Shown one piece after another: positions 13,601 to 26,355 of a stretch of 64,000 bases of DNA (the first letter of the stretch is position 1; every line of letters starts with the position of its first letter). The stretch is from Phoronis australis (Eukaryota; Animalia; Phoronida). Below the pieces are notes generated by a model, which had not been told where the DNA came from, searched no databases, and saw only the letters and a program-made list of their open reading frames with translations. The position numbers and the translations under genes are program-made. Location: the NCBI GenBank assembly GCA_002633005.1, contig NMRA01000291.1, positions 450,825-514,824 on the forward strand, read 5' to 3'.

Positions 13601-16600
13601 GCTGGCATATTTCAGATAGGGTGGTCTTACATCATAACTAATTCAAAAAAACAACAAATAATTGTACATTTCTTCAAAATATGCTCAAAGCTCTTGATGG
13701 ACAATTCATGAGTGAATGCCCGTTAAGAACTGACAATGAATAACAACTGTCCGAACAAACCTCAACTTAATTTTAATGAATGTCAAAATATCCCATCCGA
13801 AGTGTGGTGCATTTTTTAAAGATATCACAAAGATTATTTATGATTGATTGGATTCTAACCAGAGGAATATTGGATACGTTTTCCACCTTACCAGCTTTCG
13901 GGTAAATTACCCATCATTCCACATCATGAGGGTCAGCTACTATGATGGTCAATTTCATTTACGTACACTCAAATGCTGTTGCGGAGAATTCCACTTGCAC
14001 TCATCCGCCATGACGGGGAATATCTGGTCATTTTGTGTTAGCTTATTTTGTGGGTGCTGTTTTTTCACAAAACTGTTTTTTTTTTCTTTTTTATCATACA
14101 TTTTATCTACCAAAGCAGGGCTCAATATAGCAATAATTCCACACTTAATATACCTAAGTATTGTCAGCTACTGTCAATATAGAATATTTCTTCAAAAATT
14201 TGTTTTGCCACATGCATGATATGTTGTGGTTCTAATCTCTACTGTGACTGTCAGCTTGTAATTCACTGTGCATTTGACTGTCTTAATGTTTAGTATTTTC
14301 TCCTCCATATGTTCTTTCCCTTTCAAATCAACATTTTAACAACACTCTTATTTTGTTCCTTTGCTTAGTACTCAACACATTTAACCTTAATGGTTTTCAC
14401 TCTGGCTTGTATTGAAATGTCTAAGCAAATTCTGGTAACAGCATGCAGTTTAGTCTTGTAGTTCTTTGGTCTGTAAAAAATCAAAATTTGGTACTCATTC
14501 AACTTTTTCAATCTAGTTTTTTTGGTAATTGTCAACATTTGTGAAGTCTTTTCATGCTTCATCAAGTAATTTTATTTTTACTGTCCATGTTCAACTCATG
14601 AAAGTATATGTTTTCTTAATCCACGATGATTGAAAAACCTTAATTCTTTAACACTCTGGCAATTTATTACATAGCCATGACTGGCATTTTTTCAAAATCA
14701 TCATTTTTGCATTGAACGTCTATTTCTAAAAAATCTAGACCTCTATATGAGGTATATACTGAAGTCTTACTATGAATATTGGCAACTGTATCTCATATTC
14801 TCCATTTACATCTGAACAACACATATATCAGCCATTGAAGTCCCCTTTTAAAGCAACATCCCAAGTCTCCGTCCCTCTGTAATGGGAAGATTATCAAATA
14901 ATGAGTTACTGCTCCCTTGACCATAAAAATGTGCAAACTTTGATGTGAACCAACCCACGGAATTAAGCGAAAAAATCAGAATTTGAATTAGAGTTCCATG
15001 GCCCCTTAACCATAAAAGTGTCCAAAATTTTATCTGAATCGTCTCTTGCAATACAATAAAGAGAAATCAACGCTCAAAACTGTTAAAAGCATCAAAAATC
15101 AAATGTGCCAAAAGTGGCTGGTAAAGATTTGCCAGGCAATTGAAATCAATGGAAGTTGTACAAGACCTGACTATCACAATTTGATGAAAAAGTTGACGGC
15201 TACATTAGACATTGCGTATATGCACTGTAGTTATGCATCTGAGCATCATGTACTCTTGGTGTTGACTGGCCTCGTGTTGACAAATCAAGGAGCTAGACCC
15301 TTCAATGCTGAGTTAAAGCTGACAAATCACGGAACTAGACACTTTAATGCTGAGTTAAAGCTGACAAATCACGGAACTAGACACTTTAATGCTGAGCTAA
15401 GGCTGACAAATCACGGAACTAGACCCTTTAATGCTGAGTTAAAGCTGACAAATCATGAAACTAGACACTTTAATGCTGAATTTAAGCTGCAAAAACCTAC
15501 TTCCATTGAGAAAATGCTGTAGACTGGTTACACCTGTTATGAAACTGGTCTTAACTTTTCATGTTCTCAGATTTTTGGGAGCTTGGGAGGAACGGAATTT
15601 GTTTCTACTTGTGACCAGTTTTGACAAAGTTATCTTACCATGGTAGGTCATTTGATGCGTCGGTCATGGTCTCAAGTAGTATCACTGTCAGTTCTTCACA
15701 AACCTTGACACTCAAGCCCTGGAGTCTCAGTGTGGAACATGTTGAGACCACTTTGATTAGTTATCCAAATTTCTTTAATTTCTATGACAAAAAGCAGCTT
15801 TAGTTGTGTAACACGGTGCTCATAATTTGTTTTTCATGCTGTTACCATATACTTTTGCTAATTAACACACATCTCAAGAGTTGTAACATATAAATCTGTC
15901 TGTAATCACGCTTTGCAATGATGAATTTCCCTTAACATTTCTTTAACTTAAAGGACCACATGCCGAGTAGTGGTTAACTTTATTTATGCCACTGGCCGGC
16001 ATAAAACGGATCCGAAGCTCTTGTTCTTTATTCAGGTAACAAGTGGCTTGGGGAAAAACAGACAGTTCGTTTTTACTTAAAATCAGGTTCACTGCATCAG
16101 ACGATGAGCTGGTCAAGTGAACTCTAAACCTAGTCTCAAGCAAAGAAACCTCTTCTAATCCATGAAAGGGACAAGTTGAGACCAGCTTGGGACTGGAGTC
16201 TAATCTTTGTACTCGAAATTTAACTCCAAATTAATTTTTGACATTTTTCATTCTACTTTTATGCGAACTCAGAATATGTGTCTATGATTCTGTGCTGGTG
16301 TACATTATGGTTTACGCAAATGAGTCCAAGCTTGCACCTGGTGACGCCTAGATTCCAGCTTACAAACTCGATTAAAAACTCGAGTTTCCGAGGACAGATA
16401 CGAGTTTTAGCCTTAATGCTGAGTTCATCAAGTACAAACTAGGCTTATCGGGTTATTTGGCATGCGTAAGTCGTTATGTACTCAAGCAGAGAATAGTAGA
16501 CACTTATCTTTACTTCGAACAAGGCAAAAGTAGAATAGCAAATACCAAAAATACTTTCGAGTTCAATTTCAAGTAAAAAGAATAGATGCAAGCCCAGTTC

Positions 16601-19600
16601 TGAATCTATAAGTTTAAAGTAAATGGGAACATATTCCACTTAGGTTTATGGTAGTGTGTTAATAAATGTTGACAACTACCAGCTCCTCTGCACCACTGAT
16701 AATCAACAATTATTTGCTCTTAACAAGCCTGGCTTTTGTTATATTTCTTGCCTTGGAACTCGGCATGTGGCCCTTTCACCGTGCAACAAAATTTCGTCGG
16801 GTGTGTCCGTGTGGTTGCGTGGATTGCTTTACTTTGATATCTAGTTATGTTAATGTGCATGATAGGAGTACAAGTTTGAAGAAGATAATCCGTTGAAAGA
16901 TCATCCGAATCCTTTCCAAGAAGGTGTAGAACGTCTGGAGAAACATGACATTCCAAACGCCGTGCTCTTGTTTGAGGCTGCGGTGCAGAAAGACCCAGAA
17001 CATATTGAGGTAACTTCCCTTGTTGACTTGTACTTTTCAGTGCTATGACCAATTAGGCTGAAGACTACCATTATGCTTTTCTCACAACTCAGTACAGAGA
17101 CTGACCAATCACATATCGGGTGAACATCAAAAATTTACTCTAGAGGTGCCACTCAATTGGTCTGATTCAGAGTTTTGAGTAAACTTTGGTGTTTTAGTTG
17201 CCCCAAATGTCTTGTGATTAAACATGTTGCGGCCATACTGTTTACTTGTTGACTACTACCTAACAGAAATTTTAACATCTATAATTTTAACATCTATAAT
17301 TTTAACATCAGAAATGGTGTTGTTGCCGTCTTTTTAGAAAACTTATTTTACTGTTAAAATTGTTCTCTGCTTTACAATGAGTTGTGTCTGTGTCGTTGCC
17401 TTTTAATTTAGTTTACAATATAAGAGTACACTTGACCCATTCTCACTCAAGTCAAATGAAGAAAGGCAGGCTGGCAAAAATATCACCTGCAACAGGCTTT
17501 GTGTCTATGCTGTAATAAAGGTTATTGTGTTTGATGCATTGTTCCTATTGAATTCTGTATCCCTTAGGCATGGCAGTACCTAGGCCTTACTCAGGCAGAG
17601 AATGAGCAAGAACCATCAGCAATTGCAGCACTAAGAAAGTAAGTTATGAAGCCAAGAAATACTATTGATGTGAATTAGTTTGAAGATGTGGAAATTGTAA
17701 ATCTAGACGGTGTCGTCTGGAAAAACACATTGCAGAAGTGAGTGGTTGCTTCTTTTGGGTCAATATCAGACTGCAGCCAAAACTGAGCTACTGTCTGTTG
17801 GCCTTCTTGATTTTTAGTCAGAGAATTTAAATGTGGCCCATCATGCTTTGCTAGAATGTTCATCACTCAGTCAGGAACCTTTCAGTAGAAGTTACTGTCT
17901 ATGAAACTGAAGACATTCAACAAACATAATTTTTTCTCCTTCATTTGTGATGTTTTTTTGTGACTCAAAATTTCAGTTAGGTGAGTCATGTTTTTGCTGA
18001 CCCCTCTCAGTTGTAACAAGTTCATTACTGCCTCTGCAATTACAATCGGGAAAACAGGACTCTACGGTAATTACCGAACTTTTTGTTTATTTCTGCCCAT
18101 TCTCAGGTGCATTGAACTGGAACCAGGTAACCTGGGAGCCCTGCTGGGCCTGGCGGTCAGCTATACCAACGAATCACTTCAACAACAGGCCTGCCACACT
18201 CTTAGGCTGTGGCTCAGGCACAACCCCAAGTATGCTCATATTGTACCCATGGATGATGGCGCTACACGGACTGTGTCATCGTTTGTGTCCACGTGAGTGG
18301 CCTAACCTTTGATTGAAGCTAAATATGTGATTGCAATTAGATTTAATTTCATTTTATTAATATATCAGTTTACGTGAGCCTGCATGAGCACATCCTGGAC
18401 TCACAACTAGATGTTACTGTAATGTTAAGACACGTATGTATTTCAATGGCGTGTTTTCTCGTTGAAAATTGGCAAAAGCTTGATGCAAAAGACTTTATTA
18501 TTTTTGTTTTAGGTTTTTGCCATAACTGTTACAAAGCCAGGCTAGTTTTTTTAAAACTACTGCTGGTACCTTCAGTCAGGTGTTCTTGGCTTGGTAAGAC
18601 AATGTGATGTAATTATACTTCTCTGGCTTTAACCAGATTGAATATATCTTAACCTTTAAACACCACTTGCACCTTATCTCACAGCTGGCAATAAGCTCTT
18701 ACCCCATTAAAGCTGACCTAGCTCTCTTAACATAACATCGATTTTGTTGAGGTTGGTTCATTGGCTTTTATTATCAGGAAACTGCACAATGAAGTCCGTG
18801 ACCTCTTCATGACCGCTGCCAGGTCGTCACCAAAAGAGATTGACCCCGACGTACAGTCTGGGCTGGGGGTGCTCTTCAACTTGTCTGGGGAGTATGACAA
18901 GGCAGTTGACTGCTTCAACGCTGCTCTTCAGGTGAAGCCACAGGTGAGAATACATTTGTTTAGCAAACATGTGATCAGAACTGCATTGTGAGCAGACTAA
19001 TTCTGCAAAGACTGTTGCAGCAATGATTCTGGGCCATAGCAGACGTGCGGTCATTGTTTATATTTGTGTAGTGTCACTGGCACCTGATTAATGAAGTGGT
19101 AATTGAAGACATGTCATTATGCTGTACCCATTATATGGCACTAAGGAAGTTACTGCAAGCCTCAAGTCATGTCCACACTGTGAGTTACCCTAAAACAACT
19201 TGTCCATCTTTCCTCAGTCTGTCAAACGCCCATGCTGTACAGTCTTCTACTTGTGACAAATATGACGCACAAGGATTGGACACTGAAATGTATGTAATTG
19301 AGCAAGCGTGCAAATCTGTTAATTATTTCCACCGTGGCTGAAGGTTTACTTCCACTGGGGCAAGATAATGTAAGGTGTTGCACGTATATCAATTTGCTTC
19401 AGCGCAAATAACATTCACACTGCTAAGTACTAAACTTAGCGACAACTTGTAAGTTGTTCTAGGGAAGCTCATAATGCGGACAGCCCTTCAGGTCTCTTCA
19501 GAAACTTTCCATTTCCACAAAAAATTCCACACAGGTGTAACTCAAGGTCATCAAATGCCTCTATCCGTGAAAATTCTTTTGTTAATGCCTGCAGTATCTT

Positions 19601-21697
19601 CTTGCTCCTTCTTGATGTTGTTCATGATTTATGGTTATTCACTTGACTTAGGGACTTACTCTGGATGAAGTGAATTCTATTTGGGAATTTTTCGTGCAAT
19701 GGTCCTTAGAATTTATGACATCCGAGCACTTCCCTAAAGTTAAGGACTGTTTCGTGTAACCAGCCATGAACTATTACATTGTGATTCTCTATGGTTCTCT
19801 AATGAACATGAGCAAACAGTAACAAAGTCCCCTCCCATGTTTGTAGCCAAGTTTTGCCTTCCTATAAAATCACGCTGTGTACCTTTCAGGACTCGTTACT
19901 GTGGAACAAGCTGGGAGCCACTCTGGCCAATGGTAACCGCAGTGAGGAGGCAGTGCAAGCCTACCATCACGCCTTGGAGTTGAACCCTGGCTTCATACGG
20001 TCACGCTATAACCTGGGTATTGCCTGTATGAACCTCAACGCCTACAGGTTAGTGTGCAAGAGTCTCTCACCTTTCTTGGAGAAGATTGCGATGTGCAAAT
20101 AAAGTTGTTTTTGTACTGCTGAATTGTTTAATATGTGCAATAATTATGCCAAATCAGTTCATAAAGGGGAAGCATTCGTTGTTGATGTTAGCTTTAATTA
20201 CAAGTTCGGGATTTTCTCTCTGGCAACAGCAGAAAAGTGACTCGGCAAAGGGTTCGCTTCTTGCCCCGTGTACATTGAATTTCACTCCCGTTGAGCAAAG
20301 ACTGACTCGCTCCTGAATATGGTCTGTGTTGGTCATTGTGTTGGCTCACTAGTAAGGAATGTCGTTTGCGTCACGGTCTGAGAAACAGTATGGTTATACC
20401 GCAATTCTTCACTTATTCTGCTTAAAAATAATTGCGAAAAACGGTAATTTTCCATTTCTCAAAGGCTGGGAGCTTTGCCATAATTAATGTTGTTTTAAGA
20501 CAGCTACAGTCCATACTAATTTGTAACACTAATATTTTTATTGTTTATTTTATGGAGAATTTCAGCAAAATAGAATTTCACCTGTTGGTCAAATTGTGTA
20601 CTACGTGAGTGAAGAATTACTGTATTTAACAATGAAGATATCTATCTGAGATAATCAGGACTTCGTAGTTTTAGTAGTGGTATCAACAAAAATGGTTGCT
20701 TCCCCCTTCTATGTCTGTTTTACGAAACATTCTGCGCGAATAGCATTACTGCTGACCCTGATTTATAACACTGTTCCAAGTCCCCAAGTCATCTGTACTA
20801 TGTTCAGTTTGACTTTGGTTACAGCATACTTTTTATAAAGACACTGCTAGACTTGGCAATAAAACTGATCTCCTCTTGCTCCCAACTCTGTTGAGAAGTG
20901 TTTTCCAGGATTGGACACTAATGACACTTGGTTATTATTCGAGACCATGCTCTGTATATCAAGTAAGCTGCTGTCAGAAGCTAACTTGTAGAGCTTGGTC
21001 TCAAGCAACTACAGTTGTTTCAAAGCCCAGTTTCAACTGAAGGAACAATTTGCGACCACTTTCGTGATGATAAGTTGCTTATAAAAAATAACTGCAGGCG
21101 TACCAGACGTGCGCAGGCCGCGCATGTGGGCCCATTGCACTGATCACCTGGAACCATAATGCTTCATTAATGAATAGTTAAAACCGAGCTGAGGAGCTAC
21201 AAACCTGACTCAAGGGTCTAGCAGTGTGACCCAGTGGGATGTGAACCCACGACCTCGAGTAAAGAAGGCGGGCATCTATCACACTATGCCACACTGCCGC
21301 CTCACAAGTTGCTTAAGTCAAAGGTTAATTTTTGTGACAAAAGTTGTATTTACAGTAAGTTGCTTTAACTTTTTTGTGTCCTTTTCTCCTTTAAACTTGG
21401 CTTGGTTGCTATGACTAATGGTTTGCTCAAAGCTAACAGTACTTTGATATCAACTCTATGTTACACTCATGGTGTGGTTCTTTTGCCACTAACAGGGAAG
21501 CAGTTGAACACTTCTTGACCTCACTGAATATGCAGGAGAAAGGTCGTGGGCCAAAGGGTGAAAAGGCGGCGATGTCGGACAACATCTGGACAACCATGAG
21601 GATGGCGCTAGCGATGATGGGCAAGCCTGATATTCATAAGCTTTGTGATGAGCGCAACCTGCCGGCGCTCAATGCTGAGTTCAATATGCACACGTGA
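1509..21697 (+). CDS. PEX5: Peroxisomal targeting signal 1 receptor PEX5, 13 coding exons, about 621 aa
   Basis: Manual splicing with GT-AG introns and consistent phases: 1509-1604, 2436-2501, 2906-3029, 3316-3517, 5561-5702, 6013-6138, 8994-9176, 16866-17009, 17568-17638, 18107-18292, 18778-18943, 19890-20047, 21496-21697 (1866 nt = 622 codons including stop). N-terminus [20 protein letters not shown] with conserved Cys11, LVQEF motif, eight WxxxF/Y motifs, PEX7-binding [17 protein letters not shown], and TPR domain ([48 protein letters not shown]). Confidence 0.97.
2436..2501 (+). CDS. PEX5: PEX5 coding exon 2
   Basis: ctcag|[22 protein letters not shown]|gtact, phase 0-0. Confidence 0.8.
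2906..3029 (+). CDS. PEX5: PEX5 coding exon 3
   Basis: tctag|[30 protein letters not shown]...SPQR|gtact. Confidence 0.92.
3316..3517 (+). CDS. PEX5: PEX5 coding exon 4
   Basis: tccag|(A)PGIADLA..WVDDY..WTREF..WAEDY..|gtgagt. Confidence 0.92.
3857..5279. mobile_element. Non-autonomous TA-flanked DNA transposon (Tc1/mariner-pogo-like) in PEX5 intron 4
   Basis: TIRs CCGTATTCGCCATAATAACCGCCC and GGGCGGTTATTACGGCGAATACGG (1 mismatch in 24), TA on both sides. Confidence 0.85.
4040..4273 (-). pseudogene. Frameshifted HIRAN-like domain inside the TA-flanked element
   Basis: [34 protein letters not shown], then a frameshift to [25 protein letters not shown]; resembles the animal HIRAN pattern RGxHxYxxxW..NxxDxYAV..VGH..GGxIxCxVTG..GLE. 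Confidence 0.65.
5561..5702 (+). CDS. PEX5: PEX5 coding exon 5
   Basis: ttcag|(W)[19 protein letters not shown]|gtatat. Confidence 0.92.
6013..6138 (+). CDS. PEX5: PEX5 coding exon 6 (PEX7-binding segment)
   Basis: ttcag|[22 protein letters not shown]|gtaggt, 126 nt, phase 0-0. Confidence 0.92.
8994..9176 (+). CDS. PEX5: PEX5 coding exon 7
   Basis: cccag|[40 protein letters not shown]|gtaagt. Confidence 0.93.
9869..11363. mobile_element. Tc1/mariner-type MITE in PEX5 intron 7, containing a nested element
   Basis: TA|CAGGTTGTTCCAAAAA ... TTTTTGGGACACCCTG|TA. Confidence 0.6.
10198..10822 (-). mobile_element. Non-autonomous Kolobok-type element with THAP remnant (copy 1)
   Basis: TTAA at both ends, TIRs AGAGCTCCCACCATGC / GCATTGTGGGAACTCT; minus-strand CGGCSN..VFKFP..KW..FV..SAHF THAP-like peptide; related copy at 38585-42276. 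Confidence 0.75.
15278..15489. repeat. 42-bp minisatellite, 5 copies
   Basis: Unit TGACAAATCACGGAACTAGACACTTTAATGCTGAGTTAAAGC starting at 15278, 15320, 15362, 15404 and 15446. Confidence 0.95.
16866..17009 (+). CDS. PEX5: PEX5 coding exon 8
   Basis: gatag|[41 protein letters not shown]|gtaact. Confidence 0.94.
17268..17309. repeat. Short 15-bp tandem repeat
   Basis: AATTTTAACATCTAT repeated nearly three times. Confidence 0.8.
17568..17638 (+). CDS. PEX5: PEX5 coding exon 9
   Basis: cttag|[23 protein letters not shown](K)|gtaagt. Confidence 0.94.
18107..18292 (+). CDS. PEX5: PEX5 coding exon 10
   Basis: ctcag|[29 protein letters not shown]..|gtgagt. Confidence 0.94.
18778..18943 (+). CDS. 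PEX5: PEX5 coding exon 11
   Basis: atcag|[45 protein letters not shown]|gtgaga. Confidence 0.95.
19890..20047 (+). CDS. PEX5: PEX5 coding exon 12
   Basis: ttcag|[38 protein letters not shown](R)|gttagt. Confidence 0.95.
21128..21300 (-). mobile_element. tRNA-derived SINE (copy 1)
   Basis: Reverse strand GGCAGTGTGGCATAGTG (A-box-like) ... GGTTCACATCCC (B-box-like) ... GGTGATCAGTGCAATGGGCC; homologous to 63234-63390. Confidence 0.65.
21496..21697 (+). CDS. PEX5: PEX5 coding exon 13 (last)
   Basis: aacag|[43 protein letters not shown] then TGA. Confidence 0.94.
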
Positions 21698-23249
21698 CAA
21701 AATGGCCAACACGCTATCAAGTTGCCTGGCTGCACCAAATTGATATGGGAAGACTAGCTGGGGTTGACTAGGTGCTGTTAATCTGTTATATTGTTTGAGA
21801 ATTGGGTTATGGACTCGATGAAATGAAAGGGACAGTGCTTTAGGTTTACATTATTTCATAATTATAATGTGCCCTAAGGGTTTTCAGTCTGTGACTCAAT
21901 TTAGGACTGTGTAAGGAAAAGTCTTTTGGGGTTTGAATGCTCTTTATTCCTGTTGTGGGTTATAAGTCTTTCCAGATGCTTAAAGGAGTCTTTACAAACA
22001 ATGTCTAAAATTGTTCTAAAAGAATAGCATAAATTATCCTTTTGTAAACTGGTTAAGATGTACATTTAAGATGCACTGAATGAGAAGTCATAAAACCATA
22101 GGAGACTTCTTGGGATTCTTAGTCTTTGATTTTTAGTCTGTACATTTTGATACAATTTATTTTGCTATTAGCACTGGCTGAGGGAATAGGTTGTGTGTCA
22201 GAGTGGGAGTATAATGTTAACTTCAGTTGGTGAATGTGGACATTTTGTAAAATTATGGTGAACACATTTGGAATGCTTCCCAAACGATGTATCTTAATTG
22301 TAACCCAGAAAAAAGCATTCAACAGGTCAGTTGAATGTGTTTTGCATAAAATCATTCAATATAAAAATATGCAAAGATTTATAAGTGAAAGTATGAATTA
22401 GGCATCAAGTTTTCAAAACAATTAAATTTGTTAAAACAGAAGCTGATCTATGTTTCTGAAATTCCAGCATTTTCATGTTAATTTCTTGACATTTGAACAG
22501 GACTTCTCACAATACTTTCATCCGATTCAACTTTCATCAGTGACCTAAAGGCATCTGGTTATTTAAGAGTTGTTTACATTCAGCAAGTTCATGAAGTTTA
22601 CTCAACACACGTCAGAGGAACTGCACAAATCTGTTTGGTTTTGTGTTGGATTCTCTGGTTATTTAATTGTGAAAAATGTCGTCTTTAAAGTCTTTAAATA
22701 ATATTTGTGTTATTGCAGATTCAGCTTTAACTTGTTTTGGTCAGGCTTTGGAAGTGTAACTGCATGGCGTTGTTGAATGATATTAATGGGTAGTGCAAGT
22801 TTTATGTTCAGTGACATACTCGAGAAGAGATGGCAGCTGATCACATGAGACTGATGACATTTACTGTATTTTAAGTGATGTACGGGGAACTTCACATTTT
22901 AAGTCACGTAGTGACTTTGTCTATTGTTGTGTCGCAGCACCAGCCTATTGCCAAACAGTTTTCTTTCCGTGAATAAAGTGACAAGCTCGTCAACCCAGCT
23001 TATTAAGTCTGACCTCCACCAAGAATGTTGACTAAAAGACTAGGCCAAATGTTGGTTATAGCAACAGTAAATGAAATGGTACTTTCAAAATCAAATAAAA
23101 AATCATTTACCGTAACAGTTCATCCTTTTGAATTGGATGTACTTCCCTATAAAGCCAGGTGGTGAAACGTGTCATCAGTCTCATGTGGTCATCCATCTGA
23201 TTTATGACCATCGCATGTTATTAACTTTGATGGTTTTGAACATGTTCCT

Positions 23250-24107
23250 TCGATACAACATTTGTCACTTTCAGTGTGACATTATCATGAAACTTTAGCT
23301 TGTATATTGGATTTCCGGTGCAAACCATACTGTGGAATTTATTGAACAATTTAGCAGTCCCGTCAAACTTTGATGCTCTGTGGATAGACACTGAAGTATT
23401 GGCAATCGTCTCCATTACATCTTTTGTTCATTTCATTCAAAAAAGTCATTAATCTTTGGAGTTTATGCTTTTGGAAACTATTTCTGATTCCCTGATTCAC
23501 TCGCTGATTAGACAATATTTCTCAGTTGTGCTGGAATTGGAATCATTTTTGTTCTCAAGGACAGTTATGGTCAACTATGAACTTCATGGTCTTCAACCAG
23601 TCTTGACCTTGAGGTCAGATCGGATACTGTAGTTTTTGGATACATAACAAATTTTTGTATTAATAATTTCCACAAATTCGACTGCTTGCTTTATTTTGAG
23701 ATACCTTGAATGAACTCGAAATTCCATGTTTATCCCAATATTCCAAGTTCTCACACAATCAACAAAATAAGGTAATCTCCCAACATGAACTGTTTGATGT
23801 AGTACATCAACAAATACGTTGCTGATCTTGCAAAACTTGTGCATTAAATTTTTGGTGCATGGTTTTGGCATTACCTGCAGTCAAATGCTCAGTGCATTGT
23901 CACTTAGGTGAAAAGCAAGACAAACTTCATGTCGGAGCCATGAAAATATAACGTGCTGTCATTCATCTAGAATTTAAGGTAAGAGAATGATTCATAATTG
24001 GTTACAAAGCGCGTTTCTTAGATCCAAGTGATGTACTAAGTATCAGCCAAACGAAAAGTGAACCGGAGGCTTAGTGTGGAAAATTTCAACTATTTATTGT
24101 TCAGATA
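23250..24107 (+). repeat. Dispersed ~850-bp repeat (copy 1), family unidentified
   Basis: Colinear similarity to 56990-57833, e.g. GTGACATTATCATGAAA, GTGCAAACCAT, AGTTGTGCTGGAA, AGGTGAAAAGCAAGACA, TTTATTGTTCAGATA. Confidence 0.8.
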
Positions 24108-24519
24108 TGACATGCAAAGAAGTCAGTGGTGAATGGCCGCAGTTGAGGTAAGAAATATAATCTACATAGTATTACATAATTCACCATCTAGTTTTACACT
24201 TGTGAAAAATATTTCTAGTGTCTAAAAATTTTGTTGCAATAGACGCCAGTCGGATTTGGAGGGAAATTCATTGCACAAGCTGGTATTTTGTGAAGTAATG
24301 TACATGCGATGTTTCACAGAAATTGAAGAACGTTGTATTGAACAAGCTTGGTTTTGAAAGGCATTTTTAAAATTATGCATAATTTTAATTTTTGTGAACT
24401 ACAATTAAGTTCAATGAATGTTTGTTTGTTCTGAATAGGAATGAATGATGGAAATGTTATTACTATGCAAAGTGAATGAGTACAGCCACACATGAAAAGT
24501 ATTGACTGTACAAGTTCTA

Positions 24520-24574
24520 TGAATTAAATATTTAAAAATATTAAATATTTAAATATTTTTAAATATTTAATTCA
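24520..24574. repeat. AT-rich palindrome
   Basis: 23-bp perfect arms TGAATTAAATATTTAAAAATATT with a 9-nt spacer. Confidence 0.85.
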
Positions 24575-25525
24575 GCTTTAAAAAGATGCTATGAACCTAT
24601 TTTCTCTTACAAATTTTTGTTTGATTTAGGTAACTTAACGTTTTGAAATTGGTCTCAAAATGCTTATAATCTAAATAGGTGTGATTTCTGGTCTAGGATA
24701 GAGCTGACAGATTATTGCTTTATTGCTTGCTCTATAAATTGAATTGTCACAGGGTGTCATTTTATTCCTGGAGCATGGTCTCTAGGAATAGCCATTTGTC
24801 AGATCTTTGCAAGACCAAAAACCAGACTTCTTACTGAGTAAGGAACAAGTGGAGGCCAATTTTACAGTGATAAGTTGTCTACATGAAAATTGAGTTTCTT
24901 TAATGCACCAGGTTTATTACCGCTTTATGTGTTAATATTTGAGTTCAATTTGAAGAATTTAAGGACTTCAGATGATGGTTAATTAATAGATGTTATGTAA
25001 GTCATTTTTTAGTATTGTGTATGAACACTAATTAAAACACTGTTGACTAAAATACTTGCACTTACCAGGCAGGGTGAAAATACTATTTTACACATTTTCA
25101 GACACCAGACGTCTTGAATAAACGTGATTAAATGCAAAAGTGGTGGCTTTGTGTTGTTCATTCAACAGGAATATAAAATGTTTAAGTGTTTTGTAATTAA
25201 TGCATGCCATACACACATACGCGCATTAGGATGGGGTCAGATATTGGCAAGAATAACAAAAATTCGGGCAAATGAGGAAAAATTCAGGCAACAGATCATC
25301 CAATGGAACAACAGAGGTGGATCCAAGGTATCGCAAGAGGAGCAACCACCACAATTCGCGAAGGGAAAATGTTCTTGTAAAACCCAATTTTCAAGGGGGA
25401 CCCTTAACTCCATTTATTAGTCATGCAGTAAGGTACTGATGTTTAGTACACGTTGAGTAAGTTGAGATGTAAAGTCTTTATAATATGTACCCCTCCCCAA
25501 ATGGCTCACTTAACTGTTCACTGCC

Positions 25526-26355
25526 GCATTGTTCTAAAATACTCTCTACCAACACACCCTACGACCCCCTCTACCGGCGGCCCACAACACTCTCTACTCA
25601 GTCTACACAAGCTCGACTCGATCTGAACGTAGAACAAGCGCTGACTTGCAGGAACAACCAGACGAGCCGAGAGCTCGGGCGGCTTTTTCCCTTTTTTGAA
25701 ATTAAAAAAGAGTCGATTCGGCAATTTTGAAAGCCAAAAACAGAAAGAAACAACGCTACCAAATCGAATCAAAAATATACCAACGTTACAAATGTCGTTC
25801 CCGGCAAATTTTAATCGTCTCGTCTGCTCTTAGTAAATGGCACATATTCAAGCTTTTTTGGGAGAATGCGAGGAACTGACGAATATGTAATTTCTTCAGT
25901 AAATACAGTTTGAAAAAACAAGATGTTAAACTGAAAATGTATCTCAACGTTACATGGACTATATTCTAATCGAGTACACAACAGAACGCAAATAATAAAA
26001 ATGTGAAATTATTTACATTCACATTATTTTCTCCCTAAGTTTAGAACCATAGACTGACTATACGAGTATGGGTCATTGGTAGCCGATCGTGGAAGCTTAT
26101 AGATTTCCGTGACAAAGATAGCACGCTCACAATTCGCTATTTCAGATCATTCCTGTTTTTATCCACCAGACTTGCGCCAGAGCAGATTTGCGTGTAGGTA
26201 AGTCTTATGGGAAGTCATTCAGCAACGTAATATGATTATGAAATGTGTAAAATGCGCAGATACATCTGGTCGTGGGTTGAGGGGGTTGTGGGTCGAGAGG
26301 GTCGTGGGTCGAAGGGGTCATGGGATGTGGGGTCGAGGGGCTTTTAGAAAGACCC
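25526..26355. mobile_element. Degenerate MITE with subterminal C-rich/G-rich repeats
   Basis: Left TTCTAAAA followed by ACGACCCCCTCTACC-type repeats; right GGTCGTGGGTCGAG-type repeats then TTTTAGAAAGACCC; left terminus eroded. Confidence 0.45.

Noticed and set aside
15046-15522. 158-aa ORF with 14-aa repeats
   Set aside because: Explained by the 42-bp minisatellite inside a PEX5 intron; no domain or splice support.
21128-21300. Possible tRNA genes here and at 63234
   Set aside because: A/B boxes are degenerate, no cloverleaf is evident, and both share a non-tRNA tail typical of a SINE.
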